A DNA stretch of 64,000 nucleotides from the NCBI GenBank assembly GCA_045545735.1, contig JAZQBM010000007.1:112295-176294 (forward strand), written 5' to 3'. Position 1 is the first letter of the stretch. Each line of letters begins with the position of its first letter. Both the position numbers and the translations under genes were made by a program. Source of the DNA: Candidatus Fimenecus sp. (GTDB lineage: Bacteria > Bacillota > Clostridia > Oscillospirales > Acutalibacteraceae). Below, piece by piece: positions 46,008 through 56,262 of this stretch. The notes under the pieces were generated by a model. That model was not told the DNA's origin, did no database searches, and saw nothing but the letters and a program-made list of their open reading frames with translations.

Positions 46008-47354
46008 ATGTCACTCCAAAAAAATCAAGATATACAACTGAATATTGAGGGCTATACTGCCGAGGGTAATGGCGTTGGGCACTATAACGGGCAAGCTGTA
46101 TTTGTTTCGGGTGCGGCAAAAGGTGACACCATTATTGCTCATATTATCAAGGCAAAAAAGACCTATGCTATCGGTATTATCAAGCAAATTTTGAAAAAAT
46201 CTGATGATAGAATAGATGTTGATTGTCCACATTTCCGTTCTTGCGGAGGCTGTGCGTTCCGTCACATTTCTTATGAGGCAGAAAAGCAACTTAAAAGACA
46301 AAAAGTTGTTGATGCTTTTACTCGTCTTGCTCATTTAGATGTGCCGGTAAATGATATTATTACTTGCAAAACTGAGCGATACAGAAACAAAGCACAATAC
46401 CCCGTAGGATTTGAAAAAGAAGTTGTTGCGGGATTTTATGCTCAAAAAAGCCATAGAATAATAAATTCTTCAGATTGCGTTTTACAACCCGAAGAATTTG
46501 CCAGCATAGTTGAAATTGTGAAAAACTGGATGACCGAGTTTGGCATTTCGGCATATGATTCTGTAAATCATACGGGACTTGTCCGTCATATCTACATAAG
46601 AAAAGCATTCAAAACAGGGCAGATTATGGTGTGCCTTGTAATAAATGGTGATGAAATTCCTAAAGCACAAGAATTAGTTGACGATTTACTAAAAATTGAC
46701 GGATTAAAGTCATTTGTAATTAACATCAATAAAGAAAAAACAAATGTGATTTTAGGTAGCATTTGCAAAACCATTTGGGGTGCAGATTATATTGAAGATG
46801 TGCTTTGCGGAGTAAAAATCCGACTTTCACCGCTTTCGTTCTACCAAGTTAATCATGATTGTGCAGAATTTTTATATAACAAGGCGAGTGAATATGTTGG
46901 TGCTACGGGCAACGAAACCGTGCTTGATTTGTATTGTGGTGCAGGAACAATTGGTCTTTCAATGGCAAATAAGGTTAAAAAGATAATCGGTGTTGAAATT
47001 ATTCCCGAAGCTATTGAAGATGCAAAAGTCAATGCAAAGAACAATAATATTGAAAATTGTGAATTTTACTGTGGTGACGCAAAAGATGCAGTAAAAATTC
47101 TTAAAGAACAAAATATTGAGCCTGATGCGGTAATTCTTGACCCACCACGAAAAGGCTGTGATAAAGAAGTTTTGGAATATGTTGCAGAAATGAAACCGAA
47201 AAAAATTGTTTATGTTTCTTGCGATGTGTCAACCCAAGCCCGAGATTGTGCAATTCTCAAAGAATTAGGCTATGAAACAAAAGAAGTAACACCCGTTGAT
47301 ATGTTCCCAAGAACAAGTCATACGGAATCAGTCGCATTGATAATTAGAAAGTAG
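46008..47354 (+). CDS. 23S rRNA (uracil-C5)-methyltransferase, RumA/RlmD type with TRAM domain
   Basis: N-terminal TRAM-like domain, CPHFRSCGGCAFRH Fe-S Cys cluster, SAM motif LDLYCGAGTIG, DPPRKG, YVSCD. Confidence 0.85.
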   Translation: MSLQKNQDIQLNIEGYTAEGNGVGHYNGQAVFVSGAAKGDTIIAHIIKAKKTYAIGIIKQILKKSDDRIDVDCPHFRSCGGCAFRHISYEAEKQLKRQKVVDAFTRLAHLDVPVNDIITCKTERYRNKAQYPVGFEKEVVAGFYAQKSHRIINSSDCVLQPEEFASIVEIVKNWMTEFGISAYDSVNHTGLVRHIYIRKAFKTGQIMVCLVINGDEIPKAQELVDDLLKIDGLKSFVININKEKTNVILGSICKTIWGADYIEDVLCGVKIRLSPLSFYQVNHDCAEFLYNKASEYVGATGNETVLDLYCGAGTIGLSMANKVKKIIGVEIIPEAIEDAKVNAKNNNIENCEFYCGDAKDAVKILKEQNIEPDAVILDPPRKGCDKEVLEYVAEMKPKKIVYVSCDVSTQARDCAILKELGYETKEVTPVDMFPRTSHTESVALIIRK

Positions 47355-47364
47355 GAAAAATACT

Positions 47365-47853
47365 ATGAACGGAATGACAAGACGTGAGCGTCAGGTTACT
47401 GACATTAATGAGATTATTAAAATTCTTGATGAATCCAAGGTTGTGCATCTTGGTATGGTTGATGGTGACGAGCCGTACGTTGTGCCAATGAATTATGGCT
47501 ACATAATGGAAGATGGCAAACTCACAATTTATCTTCACGGAGCAAAACGTGGTAGAAAACTTGATTTAATTCGTAAAAACCCAAAGGTTTTCTTTGAAAT
47601 GTGTTGCGATATTGAGCCATTTGAGGGCGAAGTAGCTTGTAAATACGGCATTACTTATGCTTCAATTATGGGCAGGGGAATTGCTGAAATCGTTGAAGAT
47701 GTTGAAGAAAAGAAGTTTGCCTTATCTGCACTTATGAAAACGCAGACGGGCAAAGATTTTGAGTTTGAAGACAAAATGACAACTATTGTGTCAATTATTA
47801 AAATTACAACTCTTGAATATACCGCAAAACACCGCCCGGGGCCAAAGAAATAA
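47365..47853 (+). CDS. Pyridoxamine 5'-phosphate oxidase-family FMN-binding protein (NimA-like)
   Basis: MTRRERQVTDINEIIKILDESKVVHLGMVDGDEPYVVPMNYGY. Confidence 0.7.
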   Translation: MNGMTRRERQVTDINEIIKILDESKVVHLGMVDGDEPYVVPMNYGYIMEDGKLTIYLHGAKRGRKLDLIRKNPKVFFEMCCDIEPFEGEVACKYGITYASIMGRGIAEIVEDVEEKKFALSALMKTQTGKDFEFEDKMTTIVSIIKITTLEYTAKHRPGPKK

Positions 47854-47862
47854 GGAGTTATT

Positions 47863-48789
47863 ATGCTGACAATTCGTGATACATACAAAATTAAATATGC
47901 TTTTCACGATATTGATGGTACTCATTCTCTTATTCGCGATTGGCCACCTGTAATGAGTATCTGCCTTTATGATGTAATTGTAAATGGCTTGCCCGAAGAT
48001 TTTGACAGTATCGAAAATCAAAATCGACTTATTTCTCTTGCAGGTACAAAGAAATTACCTGAAACTGACCGGTTTTGCGTTGAATCGGCAGGGCTTTCTG
48101 CACTTACTCAAATGGAATGGGCAATTCGCCGTTCTGTTCAAGAGGGAAATATAAAAGTCAACTGCGATATGCAGACCAATTCTCAAATAATTGACCGAAT
48201 TAACAACGGAATTGAGTATTATGATGACTTGCCTGAAACTCTTGAAATGACCGAAATGTTAAAAGTGCAAACTCCTCGACTTTTTAAACTTTATGAGGCA
48301 GTACTTAACGGATTTTGTCGTGATAAAAACCTCAAGAAAGCAAAAGAAAACCCCAATGAGTTCAGAATAAACGGCTCAATGGAGTTCTTGCAATTTTTAA
48401 AAGATAATGGTGTTAAAAATTACTTTGTAACGGGTGCAGTAGTCCAAAAAGGTATGGGAATGCACGAGGAAGTTGAAACACTGGGCTATAAAATCGGTAA
48501 AGGCGAACTTGTTGAAGATATAATCGGCTCAACTTGGACGGAGAAAATGCCAAAAGATATGGTTATGAAAAAACTTCTCAAGGATTTAGGTGTTTCGGGT
48601 GAAAATGTGCTTGTAATAGGTGACGGCAGAGCAGAAATTCAGGCAGGGGTGCAAATGGGTGCGTTCGTTGTGAGCAGATTGCCCGAAAATGCAGATTTTC
48701 AACGAGAATTACACAAAAAACTCGGAACAAATATTATAATAAAAGACTTTTGCGATAAAGAATTTTTAAGTCTTTTCAAGGATGAATAA
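47863..48789 (+). CDS. HAD-superfamily hydrolase-like protein
   Basis: Motif I FHDIDGTHS, motif IV VIGDGRAE. Confidence 0.55.
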   Translation: MLTIRDTYKIKYAFHDIDGTHSLIRDWPPVMSICLYDVIVNGLPEDFDSIENQNRLISLAGTKKLPETDRFCVESAGLSALTQMEWAIRRSVQEGNIKVNCDMQTNSQIIDRINNGIEYYDDLPETLEMTEMLKVQTPRLFKLYEAVLNGFCRDKNLKKAKENPNEFRINGSMEFLQFLKDNGVKNYFVTGAVVQKGMGMHEEVETLGYKIGKGELVEDIIGSTWTEKMPKDMVMKKLLKDLGVSGENVLVIGDGRAEIQAGVQMGAFVVSRLPENADFQRELHKKLGTNIIIKDFCDKEFLSLFKDE

Positions 48790-49378
48790 TATGGATTTAT
48801 TTGAACGATACCCACAACTAAATATTTGTGCAAAAGACATTGAAAAAGCACTTGAACTTATGGTTGATACATATAAAAATGGTGGAAAAATCCTTGTTTG
48901 CGGTAACGGTGGAAGTGCATCTGATGCCGACCATATTGTTGGCGAGCTTATGAAAGGATTTCTCAAAGACCGAAAGGTAACTGACGAGAGAATACCACAA
49001 GAATTAAGAGAAAAACTTCAAGGTGCTTTGCCTGCGATTTCACTTTCTGCTCATACTTCACTTATGACTGCAACTATAAACGATAACGATGCAGATATGA
49101 TTTTTGCACAGCAAGTTTATGGGTATGCAAAAGAAAATGATTTGTTGATTGCGATTTCAACATCAGGCAATTCAAAGAATGTAGTTAATGCAGTAAAGGT
49201 AGCAAAAGCACTTAATGTAAAGGCGGTTGCCTTAACAGGTAAAACAGGTGGAATGTTAAAAAATATGGCAGATGTTACAATTTGTGCACCGTCTACCGAA
49301 ACCTACAAAATCCAAGAATACCACTTGCCAATATATCATTACTTATGTGCAAAAGTGGAAAAAGAATTTTTTGAATAA
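48782..49378 (+). CDS. SIS-domain sugar-phosphate isomerase (GmhA-like phosphoheptose isomerase)
   Basis: VCGNGGSASDADHIVGEL, ISTSGNSKNV. The start could be 48782 or 48791. Confidence 0.75.
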   Translation: MNNMDLFERYPQLNICAKDIEKALELMVDTYKNGGKILVCGNGGSASDADHIVGELMKGFLKDRKVTDERIPQELREKLQGALPAISLSAHTSLMTATINDNDADMIFAQQVYGYAKENDLLIAISTSGNSKNVVNAVKVAKALNVKAVALTGKTGGMLKNMADVTICAPSTETYKIQEYHLPIYHYLCAKVEKEFFE

Positions 49379-49417
49379 ATTGAAACAAAAAACGGAGCAA
49401 TTTGCTCCGTTTTTCTT

Positions 49418-51226
49418 TTATCCTAAATCGTGTTGATTTGTAATTGTAATTTCTGGCTTTTTCATACCCATTGTTTCAAGAACAACAATCTCATTGTCTT
49501 CTTTAAGAAGGCTACCCGGAAGATAAAGTGATTTCTGTGGTCCTACGCTCCAATATCTGCCAAGATTAAAGCCGTTAATCCATACATAACCTTTATCGAA
49601 ATTATCAAGATGAACAAAGCAATCTGCTTTACTGTTTGCTTTGAATGTGCCTTTGTAGAACACAGCACCCTTATCTTTGTTGAAACTTTCAACAGACTTG
49701 TATGTGAGCTTTTCAAGGTTATCAAGTGGAAGTGTCCATACCTTGTAGCCCATTTGACGTTGATTTGCAATATAAATGTCAGAAAATCCTTTTCTGTCCA
49801 TCATCTTTTCGCCGTAGTTTACGCGTCCCATTGTGTCAACAAGCAAGCCGATTTTCTTTTCGCCGTCAACAGAGCCGATAAATACAGTTGTAGTGTCTTG
49901 GTCGTCTTTTGTGAATTTCTTGAAGATTGAACCAAGTGAAAGTTTACCACGTTTTGTGTAAACTGTTCTGTCAATAAATTTCTTGTACTTATCATCAACA
50001 TAAACAAAGCCGAAATCGTGAACATTTCTAATCATTAACGGAATTGGGTCATAGTGACCTTTGATTACTGTTTCATAATAAATCATACCGAAATTCTGAC
50101 CAAAGTATTCCATACTTTCGGGAACAGCAACTTTGTGTTCTTCGCCGATATTATTAAGATTTTCGAAAAGACTTGCAGATTCAGTAAGTTCTACTGTACC
50201 GATTGTCTGTAATTCCGGTGATGGTGGAAGTTCTTGCATCTCAAGATTTTGATGCTTATGTAACAACTCTCGTACTGCGTGATAAGCAGGTGTGTAGTCA
50301 CCGTATTCATTAAGCAACGCACAGTAGTCATAACTTGTGATTGTTGGCTCATAAGCACTGCCGGGGTTGTGGTTTGCACCTGCGTTAAAACCAAAGTTTG
50401 TGCCACCGTGGAACATATAGAAATTAAAACTTGCACCGCAATCTAAAAATTCCTGAACTTCTTTTACAACGGAATCGGCTTTTCTTGTGTGGTGTTTATC
50501 ACGCCAATGGTCAAACCATCCGCACCAGAATTCGCCACACATATTAGGACCATCATTCTGGAAATCCTTTAAGCAGTTAAATGCAGTTTTAGCTCTTGAA
50601 CCAAAGTTGAGAACTTTATAAATATGTGGTAATGAACCACCTGAAAGCATATTTTTCCAGTTGCCGTCAGATGTGAAAAGCGGAACATCAACACCGCAGT
50701 TTCTTGTCAAATCTTCAACGAATTTAAGGTATTCCTTATCATTACCGTAAGAGCCATACTCGTTTTCAACCTGCATCATAATAATATTGCCACCATTTGT
50801 CTCTAAAAGTGGTTTTAATCTGCCAAGCAGTTCTTTGTAATAACGCTCAATACAAGCAAGAAAATCGGGGTACATACAACGGATTTGCATATTCTTGTCT
50901 TTAAGTAACCATGCAGGAAGTCCGCCGAAATCCCATTCAGCACAGATGTATGGACCGGGTCTTACAATACAGTAAAGACCAACCTTCTGTGCAGTTTTTA
51001 CGAAACGCTCAATGTCAAGCATACCGTCAAAGTGGAATTCGCCGGGGCGTGGCTCGTGTAAATTCCAACAAGTGTATGTTTCAACTGTGTTAAAGCCTGC
51101 AAGTTTTAATTTTGTAAGACGGTCTTCCCAATATTCAGGTAATGTGCGGAAATAATGCATAGCACCTGAATAGATTTTTATAGGTTTACCATCCATATAA
51201 AATTCTTTGTTTTTAATTTCAAACAT
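49418..51226 (-). CDS. Beta-galactosidase, glycoside hydrolase family 35
   Basis: YSGAMHYFR, MQVENEYGSYG, GPNMCGEFWCGWFDHW. Confidence 0.9.
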   Translation of the reverse strand: MFEIKNKEFYMDGKPIKIYSGAMHYFRTLPEYWEDRLTKLKLAGFNTVETYTCWNLHEPRPGEFHFDGMLDIERFVKTAQKVGLYCIVRPGPYICAEWDFGGLPAWLLKDKNMQIRCMYPDFLACIERYYKELLGRLKPLLETNGGNIIMMQVENEYGSYGNDKEYLKFVEDLTRNCGVDVPLFTSDGNWKNMLSGGSLPHIYKVLNFGSRAKTAFNCLKDFQNDGPNMCGEFWCGWFDHWRDKHHTRKADSVVKEVQEFLDCGASFNFYMFHGGTNFGFNAGANHNPGSAYEPTITSYDYCALLNEYGDYTPAYHAVRELLHKHQNLEMQELPPSPELQTIGTVELTESASLFENLNNIGEEHKVAVPESMEYFGQNFGMIYYETVIKGHYDPIPLMIRNVHDFGFVYVDDKYKKFIDRTVYTKRGKLSLGSIFKKFTKDDQDTTTVFIGSVDGEKKIGLLVDTMGRVNYGEKMMDRKGFSDIYIANQRQMGYKVWTLPLDNLEKLTYKSVESFNKDKGAVFYKGTFKANSKADCFVHLDNFDKGYVWINGFNLGRYWSVGPQKSLYLPGSLLKEDNEIVVLETMGMKKPEITITNQHDLG

Positions 51227-51227
51227 A

Positions 51228-51629
51228 TTAATACACCTCTAATGTATTTGCATATTCTTTAAGAATATCAAGAATTAACTGTTCATTATCATAAAAGAAA
51301 TTGTCACACTCTTCAAGAATGTTATCAAGTTCTTCGTTTTCTTCATCAGCAGATTTTAGAAAAACGTCATAAGCCTTTTGCAGGTTGTCACCTAAATCTG
51401 ACGGTAAAACTTCGCAAAGATTTGTGATTGCTTTTGCTAAATCACCACAATTTGAAACATTATAGAAAAACTGTGCGTGACCACCGTTGTTGATTTCGCT
51501 GTCATAGGTCATAAGTGCATCATATGGTGCACCAATTTCTTCTTGTGACCATAATTCCCACAAGTAATTCCACTTAATCTGCTCTTCTGTAAGTGGCTCT
51601 TTCTTTTTGAAAATATTAAATAATCCCAT
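51228..51629 (-). CDS. DUF4375/DMP19-like domain protein
   Basis: EINNGGHAQFFYN motif. 133 aa and acidic. Confidence 0.5.
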   Translation of the reverse strand: MGLFNIFKKKEPLTEEQIKWNYLWELWSQEEIGAPYDALMTYDSEINNGGHAQFFYNVSNCGDLAKAITNLCEVLPSDLGDNLQKAYDVFLKSADEENEELDNILEECDNFFYDNEQLILDILKEYANTLEVY

Positions 51630-51644
51630 AATTTTCTCCTTAAA

Positions 51645-52712
51645 TTATAACTTCCAGAAAATTTTTATAATTGGAATTTTTGTCATAATGAAACTTACAA
51701 AAAGGCTTATGGCAAAAATTGCAACTGAAAGAACAGTGATTGAAACAATAGGGTTAAATGATAAAGAGTCAATTCCCAATTTCAAACCAATTTGTTCAAT
51801 GACAAATGGGTGAAAAAGATAAACACCCATAGTTAAAGCAGATATTTTTTGAATAATTTTATTGATTTTTTCTTTTTTGAAAGAGTTTAATCCAAGGCTT
51901 TGGAAAAATGCAAAAATCAGAATTGCTTCTAGACAAACAGGTAACATAAAATTGCCATATAAAATATTACTTACTTTGTTTGTTTTAAGGGCGTGAAGCT
52001 GACAGATTATTGTCGAAATTAACGCAACACCCATAAAGCAGAAGACTGCAATTGTCTTTTTAATCTTTATAGGCTTTTGGTTTACTATGTAATATCCTAA
52101 TATCATATAGCCCGACACACCGGTCATTTCAATTGAAAGTTTGTTTATAATTGATGGTAGGAGTTCAACGCCGTTTAATGTAGTTGATAAAGTAGGTTGA
52201 ATGATTCCAAATATTAAAAAGCAAATTAAATAGTATGGTGTATATTTTCCATTCTCAAAATGAACGATTGCATACATAATCGGTTGCAGTATATATGCAC
52301 CAATGAGTGATGGTATAAACCACAGATGAAATTTGCTTTTTACAACGGCTTTTGCAAAATCCAATAAAGAAGTGTTGAAAATTTCGGTGAGGCCAATAGT
52401 GTCAACTGCGTAAAGCACAGACCAAACTGTGTAAATAAGTGCTAATGAAAAAATTTTACCGTATAACTTTTTGAAGTTTGCTTCCTTTTTTAACATAAAA
52501 GCACCACTCAACATAAAAAACAATGGAACAGCACTTCTTACAAAACTGTCATAGAGATTCATAGCAGCCCAACTGATTGTGTCAGGTGGAGTAGAAGACC
52601 AATTTTTACCTGATACATGAAGAACAACTACCATAAATGCCGCAAATATTCTCAATAAGTCATATCTTATGTCACGCGTTTTTTGAGGAGATAGAATAAC
52701 TGTGTTTTCCAT
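51645..52712 (-). CDS. Acyltransferase-3 family membrane protein (O-acyltransferase)
   Basis: RYDLLRIFAAFMVVVLHV, about 10 TM segments. ATG 52712 (MENTV) preferred, RBS GAAAGGAAAG. Confidence 0.8.
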   Translation of the reverse strand: MENTVILSPQKTRDIRYDLLRIFAAFMVVVLHVSGKNWSSTPPDTISWAAMNLYDSFVRSAVPLFFMLSGAFMLKKEANFKKLYGKIFSLALIYTVWSVLYAVDTIGLTEIFNTSLLDFAKAVVKSKFHLWFIPSLIGAYILQPIMYAIVHFENGKYTPYYLICFLIFGIIQPTLSTTLNGVELLPSIINKLSIEMTGVSGYMILGYYIVNQKPIKIKKTIAVFCFMGVALISTIICQLHALKTNKVSNILYGNFMLPVCLEAILIFAFFQSLGLNSFKKEKINKIIQKISALTMGVYLFHPFVIEQIGLKLGIDSLSFNPIVSITVLSVAIFAISLFVSFIMTKIPIIKIFWKL

Positions 52713-52713
52713 A

Positions 52714-53868
52714 TTATGCTTTCCTTTCAATCAAACACACACATTCAACATGGTCAGTATGTGGAAACATATCGACTGGTTGAATTTTACGTACTTTGTA
52801 TCCATTTTTGCTTAAATACAATAAATCTCTTGCAAGAGTTTCAGGATTGCAGCTTATATAAACCACTTTTTTAGGACTAAGTTTCACAAGTGATGACAAA
52901 AATGGAATATCACTACCAGCACGGGCAGGGTCCATTATTACCGCGTCGATTTTTTCGTTACTGCTTGCTAAATCCACCATAAACTTGCCTGCATCAGCGG
53001 TGAAAAACTTTATATTTTCAATGCCGTTGAGTTTTGCATTTTCTTTTGCGTCTTTTACGGCATCTTTATTAATTTCAACACCTAAAACGTTCTTTACATT
53101 CTTGCTTGCAATAAGGCCGATTGTTCCCGTGCCACAGTAAGCATCAATAATTTGCTCGTTGCCTTTGAAATCTGCATATTCAAGTGCTTTGTTGTAAAGA
53201 GTTTCAGTTTGTACGGGGTTAATCTGATAAAACGCTTTTGGTGAAATGCGGAATTTTAGCCCACAAAGTTCTTCTGTGATTTTTCCGTCGCCGTAAAGAA
53301 TTTCACTTTTATCGCCTAACACCATACTTGTAAATTTGTTGTTGATATTTTGCACAATTGTTGTGATTTCAGGGTGTCTGCCTAAAAGTGCGTTTATAAA
53401 TGAACGCTTTGACGGGAATTGCGGTGTTGCAGTTACAAGTACTACCATAACTTCACCACTGCGAAATGCAGTTTTGACTAAAACGTGACGCAAAAAGCCC
53501 TGTCTTGTAACTTCATCATAAGGTTTTAACTTAAAGCTTTTAAGAAGCTTCTTCACTGTGTTTGCAATTTCATCAGCTTTAGGGTCTGTTAATATGCAAC
53601 TTTCAATATCAACAATTTTATGAGTTGATGATTGATAAACACCTGCAACTGTCTGCCCATTTCTGCCACGACCAAATGCGTATTGTGCTTTGTTGCGGTA
53701 ATTATATGGATTTTCCATACCTATAATTTCTTCTACATGACAAAATTTGCCTAAAAGTCGAATAACTTTGACTTGTTTATGTCTTAACTGTTCTTCATAT
53801 GAAAGATTTAATAATTGACACCCACCACACTTTTTTGCGTGGGGACAGATTTGTTTTGATTTATTCAT
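52714..53868 (-). CDS. TrmA/RumA-family RNA (uracil-C5)-methyltransferase (no TRAM domain)
   Basis: CPHAKKCGGCQ Cys cluster, IDAYCGTGTIG, DPARAG, YISCN. ATG 53868 overlaps the upstream stop. Confidence 0.85.
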   Translation of the reverse strand: MNKSKQICPHAKKCGGCQLLNLSYEEQLRHKQVKVIRLLGKFCHVEEIIGMENPYNYRNKAQYAFGRGRNGQTVAGVYQSSTHKIVDIESCILTDPKADEIANTVKKLLKSFKLKPYDEVTRQGFLRHVLVKTAFRSGEVMVVLVTATPQFPSKRSFINALLGRHPEITTIVQNINNKFTSMVLGDKSEILYGDGKITEELCGLKFRISPKAFYQINPVQTETLYNKALEYADFKGNEQIIDAYCGTGTIGLIASKNVKNVLGVEINKDAVKDAKENAKLNGIENIKFFTADAGKFMVDLASSNEKIDAVIMDPARAGSDIPFLSSLVKLSPKKVVYISCNPETLARDLLYLSKNGYKVRKIQPVDMFPHTDHVECVCLIERKA

Positions 53869-53870
53869 AA

Positions 53871-54203
53871 TCAACCTATTTTTCTACCATTTTTTATTTC
53901 GAATTTACCAAAGAAAGGCACTTTAATGTAGCCTTTAAATGTTGTATCGCTCGTGAATTCAACAAAAATTTGAACAGTAACTTTGCCCATAAGTTCAATG
54001 TCCGCTTTACCACTTAAGGTGTTATCTTTTTCAACTATTTCATAAACCGTAAAATTAGGAATAGTTTTAATAGAATCAGTTTCGACAGAAAATGCGTATT
54101 CTCCGTTATTGTCAGTAATTTCAACAATAGCACTTCCGCTAATCATAGGTGTTTCAATAGTGCCTGTCCATCTGCCTAAACCAATCATATTCAAAACCTC
54201 CAT
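53871..54203 (-). CDS. Hypothetical small beta-rich protein
   Basis: 110-aa ORF translationally coupled to the downstream methyltransferase. No motif recognised. Confidence 0.5.
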   Translation of the reverse strand: MEVLNMIGLGRWTGTIETPMISGSAIVEITDNNGEYAFSVETDSIKTIPNFTVYEIVEKDNTLSGKADIELMGKVTVQIFVEFTSDTTFKGYIKVPFFGKFEIKNGRKIG

Positions 54204-54352
54204 ACTTAATCAATATAATTTTAACATTTAGCACCTTAAATGTAAAGTGAAAGAATAAAATAATACGCAAATAGATGACACTTTTCGTTGACAATGTTTA
54301 TAAATGAGAGTAAAATATTCATTAATAATAACTATTTATGAGGTGAACTTTT

Positions 54353-56221
54353 TTGAATAAATTTTTTACTCGCTCAAGAATACAACAACTATTGATGATT
54401 GTGCTTGATATTATTATAGTCAATGGTTCATATTTTCTTTCGGTGTATCTTCACTGCTTGTTTCGTATGCCGTCTGAAACTTTTCATCGCCTTTTAGCAA
54501 GAATACCGTATGTAACGATTGTTTATGTAGGGTTGTTTATCATTAGAAAACTTTATAAAAACCTTTGGAAATATATGGGGTTCTATGAACTTACAAATAC
54601 CGTGCTATGTGCGGGATTTGCTACTGCAATATGCTGGACAATCGACTACATATTTATGAAAGCAGGGTATGTTTTTGGTATTAACTGCTTACCGTTTATT
54701 GCGTATGTTGATTCGTTTTTGTTCATTTGTTGCTTCTGTGCAGGTGTAAGAACATTTTATAAAGCATATCGTGCAATGCGTTCAGATAAAAAACGTCGCC
54801 GTGGTGTTGCAAATAAACGTATTATGATTATTGGTGCCGGTGATATGGCAAACTCAGTCCTTTATGAAATGAGTATTTCTGGCTATAAATTCGGCTCACC
54901 TGTTGTAATTGTTGATGATGACAAGTCAAAGCAAAAACTTAGAATTCGCGACATTCCTGTTGCGGGTGGAATTAATGATATTCCTGAACTTGTAAAAGCG
55001 TATGACGTAAATGAGATTATTTATTGCATTCCGTCGGCAGATGCTGGGCGTAAACGTGAAATTCTTGAAATTGCAATGTCAACAGGATGTAACCTTAAAA
55101 CAGCACCGAATATTGACGAACTTGGCGGACCAAACAAGTCATATACAGATAAAATCCGTAAAGTTGACGTTCTTGACCTTCTTTCACGTCCTGAGGTTAA
55201 ACTTGACCCCGACGTTTGTAAATATGTTACAGGCGAAACTGTACTTGTTACAGGTGGTGGCGGTTCAATCGGTAGTGAACTTTGTCGTCAGATTGCAAAG
55301 TATAACCCTGAAAAAATTGTTATTTTTGATATTTACGAGAACAACGCGTTTACACTTAAAAATTCTCTTGATAGAAAATATTGTGGTGCACCGCAAATTG
55401 AAATTCGCATTGGTTCTGTTCGCGATATTAACAGACTTCGCGAAATTTTTGAAGAATTCAGACCATCTTCAGTATTCCATGCTGCAGCACACAAGCACGT
55501 TCCTCTTATGGAAGACAGCCCTTACGAAGCAGTTAAGAATAATATTTTAGGTACATACAATACTGCATTCTGTGCTAATGAATACAATGTAAGAAACTTT
55601 GTTCTTCTTTCAACAGACAAGGCTGTTAACCCCACAAACGTTATGGGTGCAACAAAACGTGTCTGCGAACTTGTTGTTCAGCATTTCAGTAAGGTTTCAA
55701 AGGGTACAAAGTTCGCTGCAGTTCGTTTTGGCAACGTTCTCGGTTCAAACGGTAGTGTTATTCCGATTTTCAAAGAACAGTTAGAACAAGGCGGACCAAT
55801 TACAGTTACTCATCCTGATATTACACGTTACTTTATGACAATTCCTGAAGCAAGCCAACTTGTTGTACAAGCAGGAGGCTTGGCAAAGGGTGGCGAAATC
55901 TTTGTTCTTGATATGGGTGAGCCTGTAAAGATTGTTTCACTTGCTGAAAATCTTATCAGACTTTCAGGCTTTGAGCCATATAAAGATATTGAAATTCAGT
56001 TTACAGGTCTTCGTCCCGGCGAAAAACTTTACGAAGAACTTTCAATGGAAGAAGAACTTGACGAAAGACAAAAAACAGGTAATGACAAGATTTTCGTTAC
56101 AAAGCCCTTGGCTATTGATGATGAACAACTTGAAAAAGATATTAAAGCAATTGCAGACTTAAAACCTGACGAAGTGCGTAATTATCTTAAACGTCTTGTT
56201 CCTAATTACAGACCAAAATAA
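54353..56221 (+). CDS. Membrane-bound nucleotide-sugar 4,6-dehydratase/epimerase (CapD/PglF/EpsC family)
   Basis: Four N-terminal TM segments, VLVTGGGGSIGSEL Rossmann motif, HAAAHKHVPLME, STDKAVNPTNVMGATKR. Confidence 0.85.
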   Translation: MNKFFTRSRIQQLLMIVLDIIIVNGSYFLSVYLHCLFRMPSETFHRLLARIPYVTIVYVGLFIIRKLYKNLWKYMGFYELTNTVLCAGFATAICWTIDYIFMKAGYVFGINCLPFIAYVDSFLFICCFCAGVRTFYKAYRAMRSDKKRRRGVANKRIMIIGAGDMANSVLYEMSISGYKFGSPVVIVDDDKSKQKLRIRDIPVAGGINDIPELVKAYDVNEIIYCIPSADAGRKREILEIAMSTGCNLKTAPNIDELGGPNKSYTDKIRKVDVLDLLSRPEVKLDPDVCKYVTGETVLVTGGGGSIGSELCRQIAKYNPEKIVIFDIYENNAFTLKNSLDRKYCGAPQIEIRIGSVRDINRLREIFEEFRPSSVFHAAAHKHVPLMEDSPYEAVKNNILGTYNTAFCANEYNVRNFVLLSTDKAVNPTNVMGATKRVCELVVQHFSKVSKGTKFAAVRFGNVLGSNGSVIPIFKEQLEQGGPITVTHPDITRYFMTIPEASQLVVQAGGLAKGGEIFVLDMGEPVKIVSLAENLIRLSGFEPYKDIEIQFTGLRPGEKLYEELSMEEELDERQKTGNDKIFVTKPLAIDDEQLEKDIKAIADLKPDEVRNYLKRLVPNYRPK

Positions 56222-56262
56222 TTTTACAATTCTTTTAAATTCACATATTGGAGATGTCGCAA

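Noticed and set aside
55011-55550. 179-aa + strand ORF in an alternative frame inside the capD-like gene.
   Set aside because: The capD frame carries the conserved Rossmann and catalytic motifs. The alternative frame is low-complexity Leu/Phe/Lys-rich sequence.
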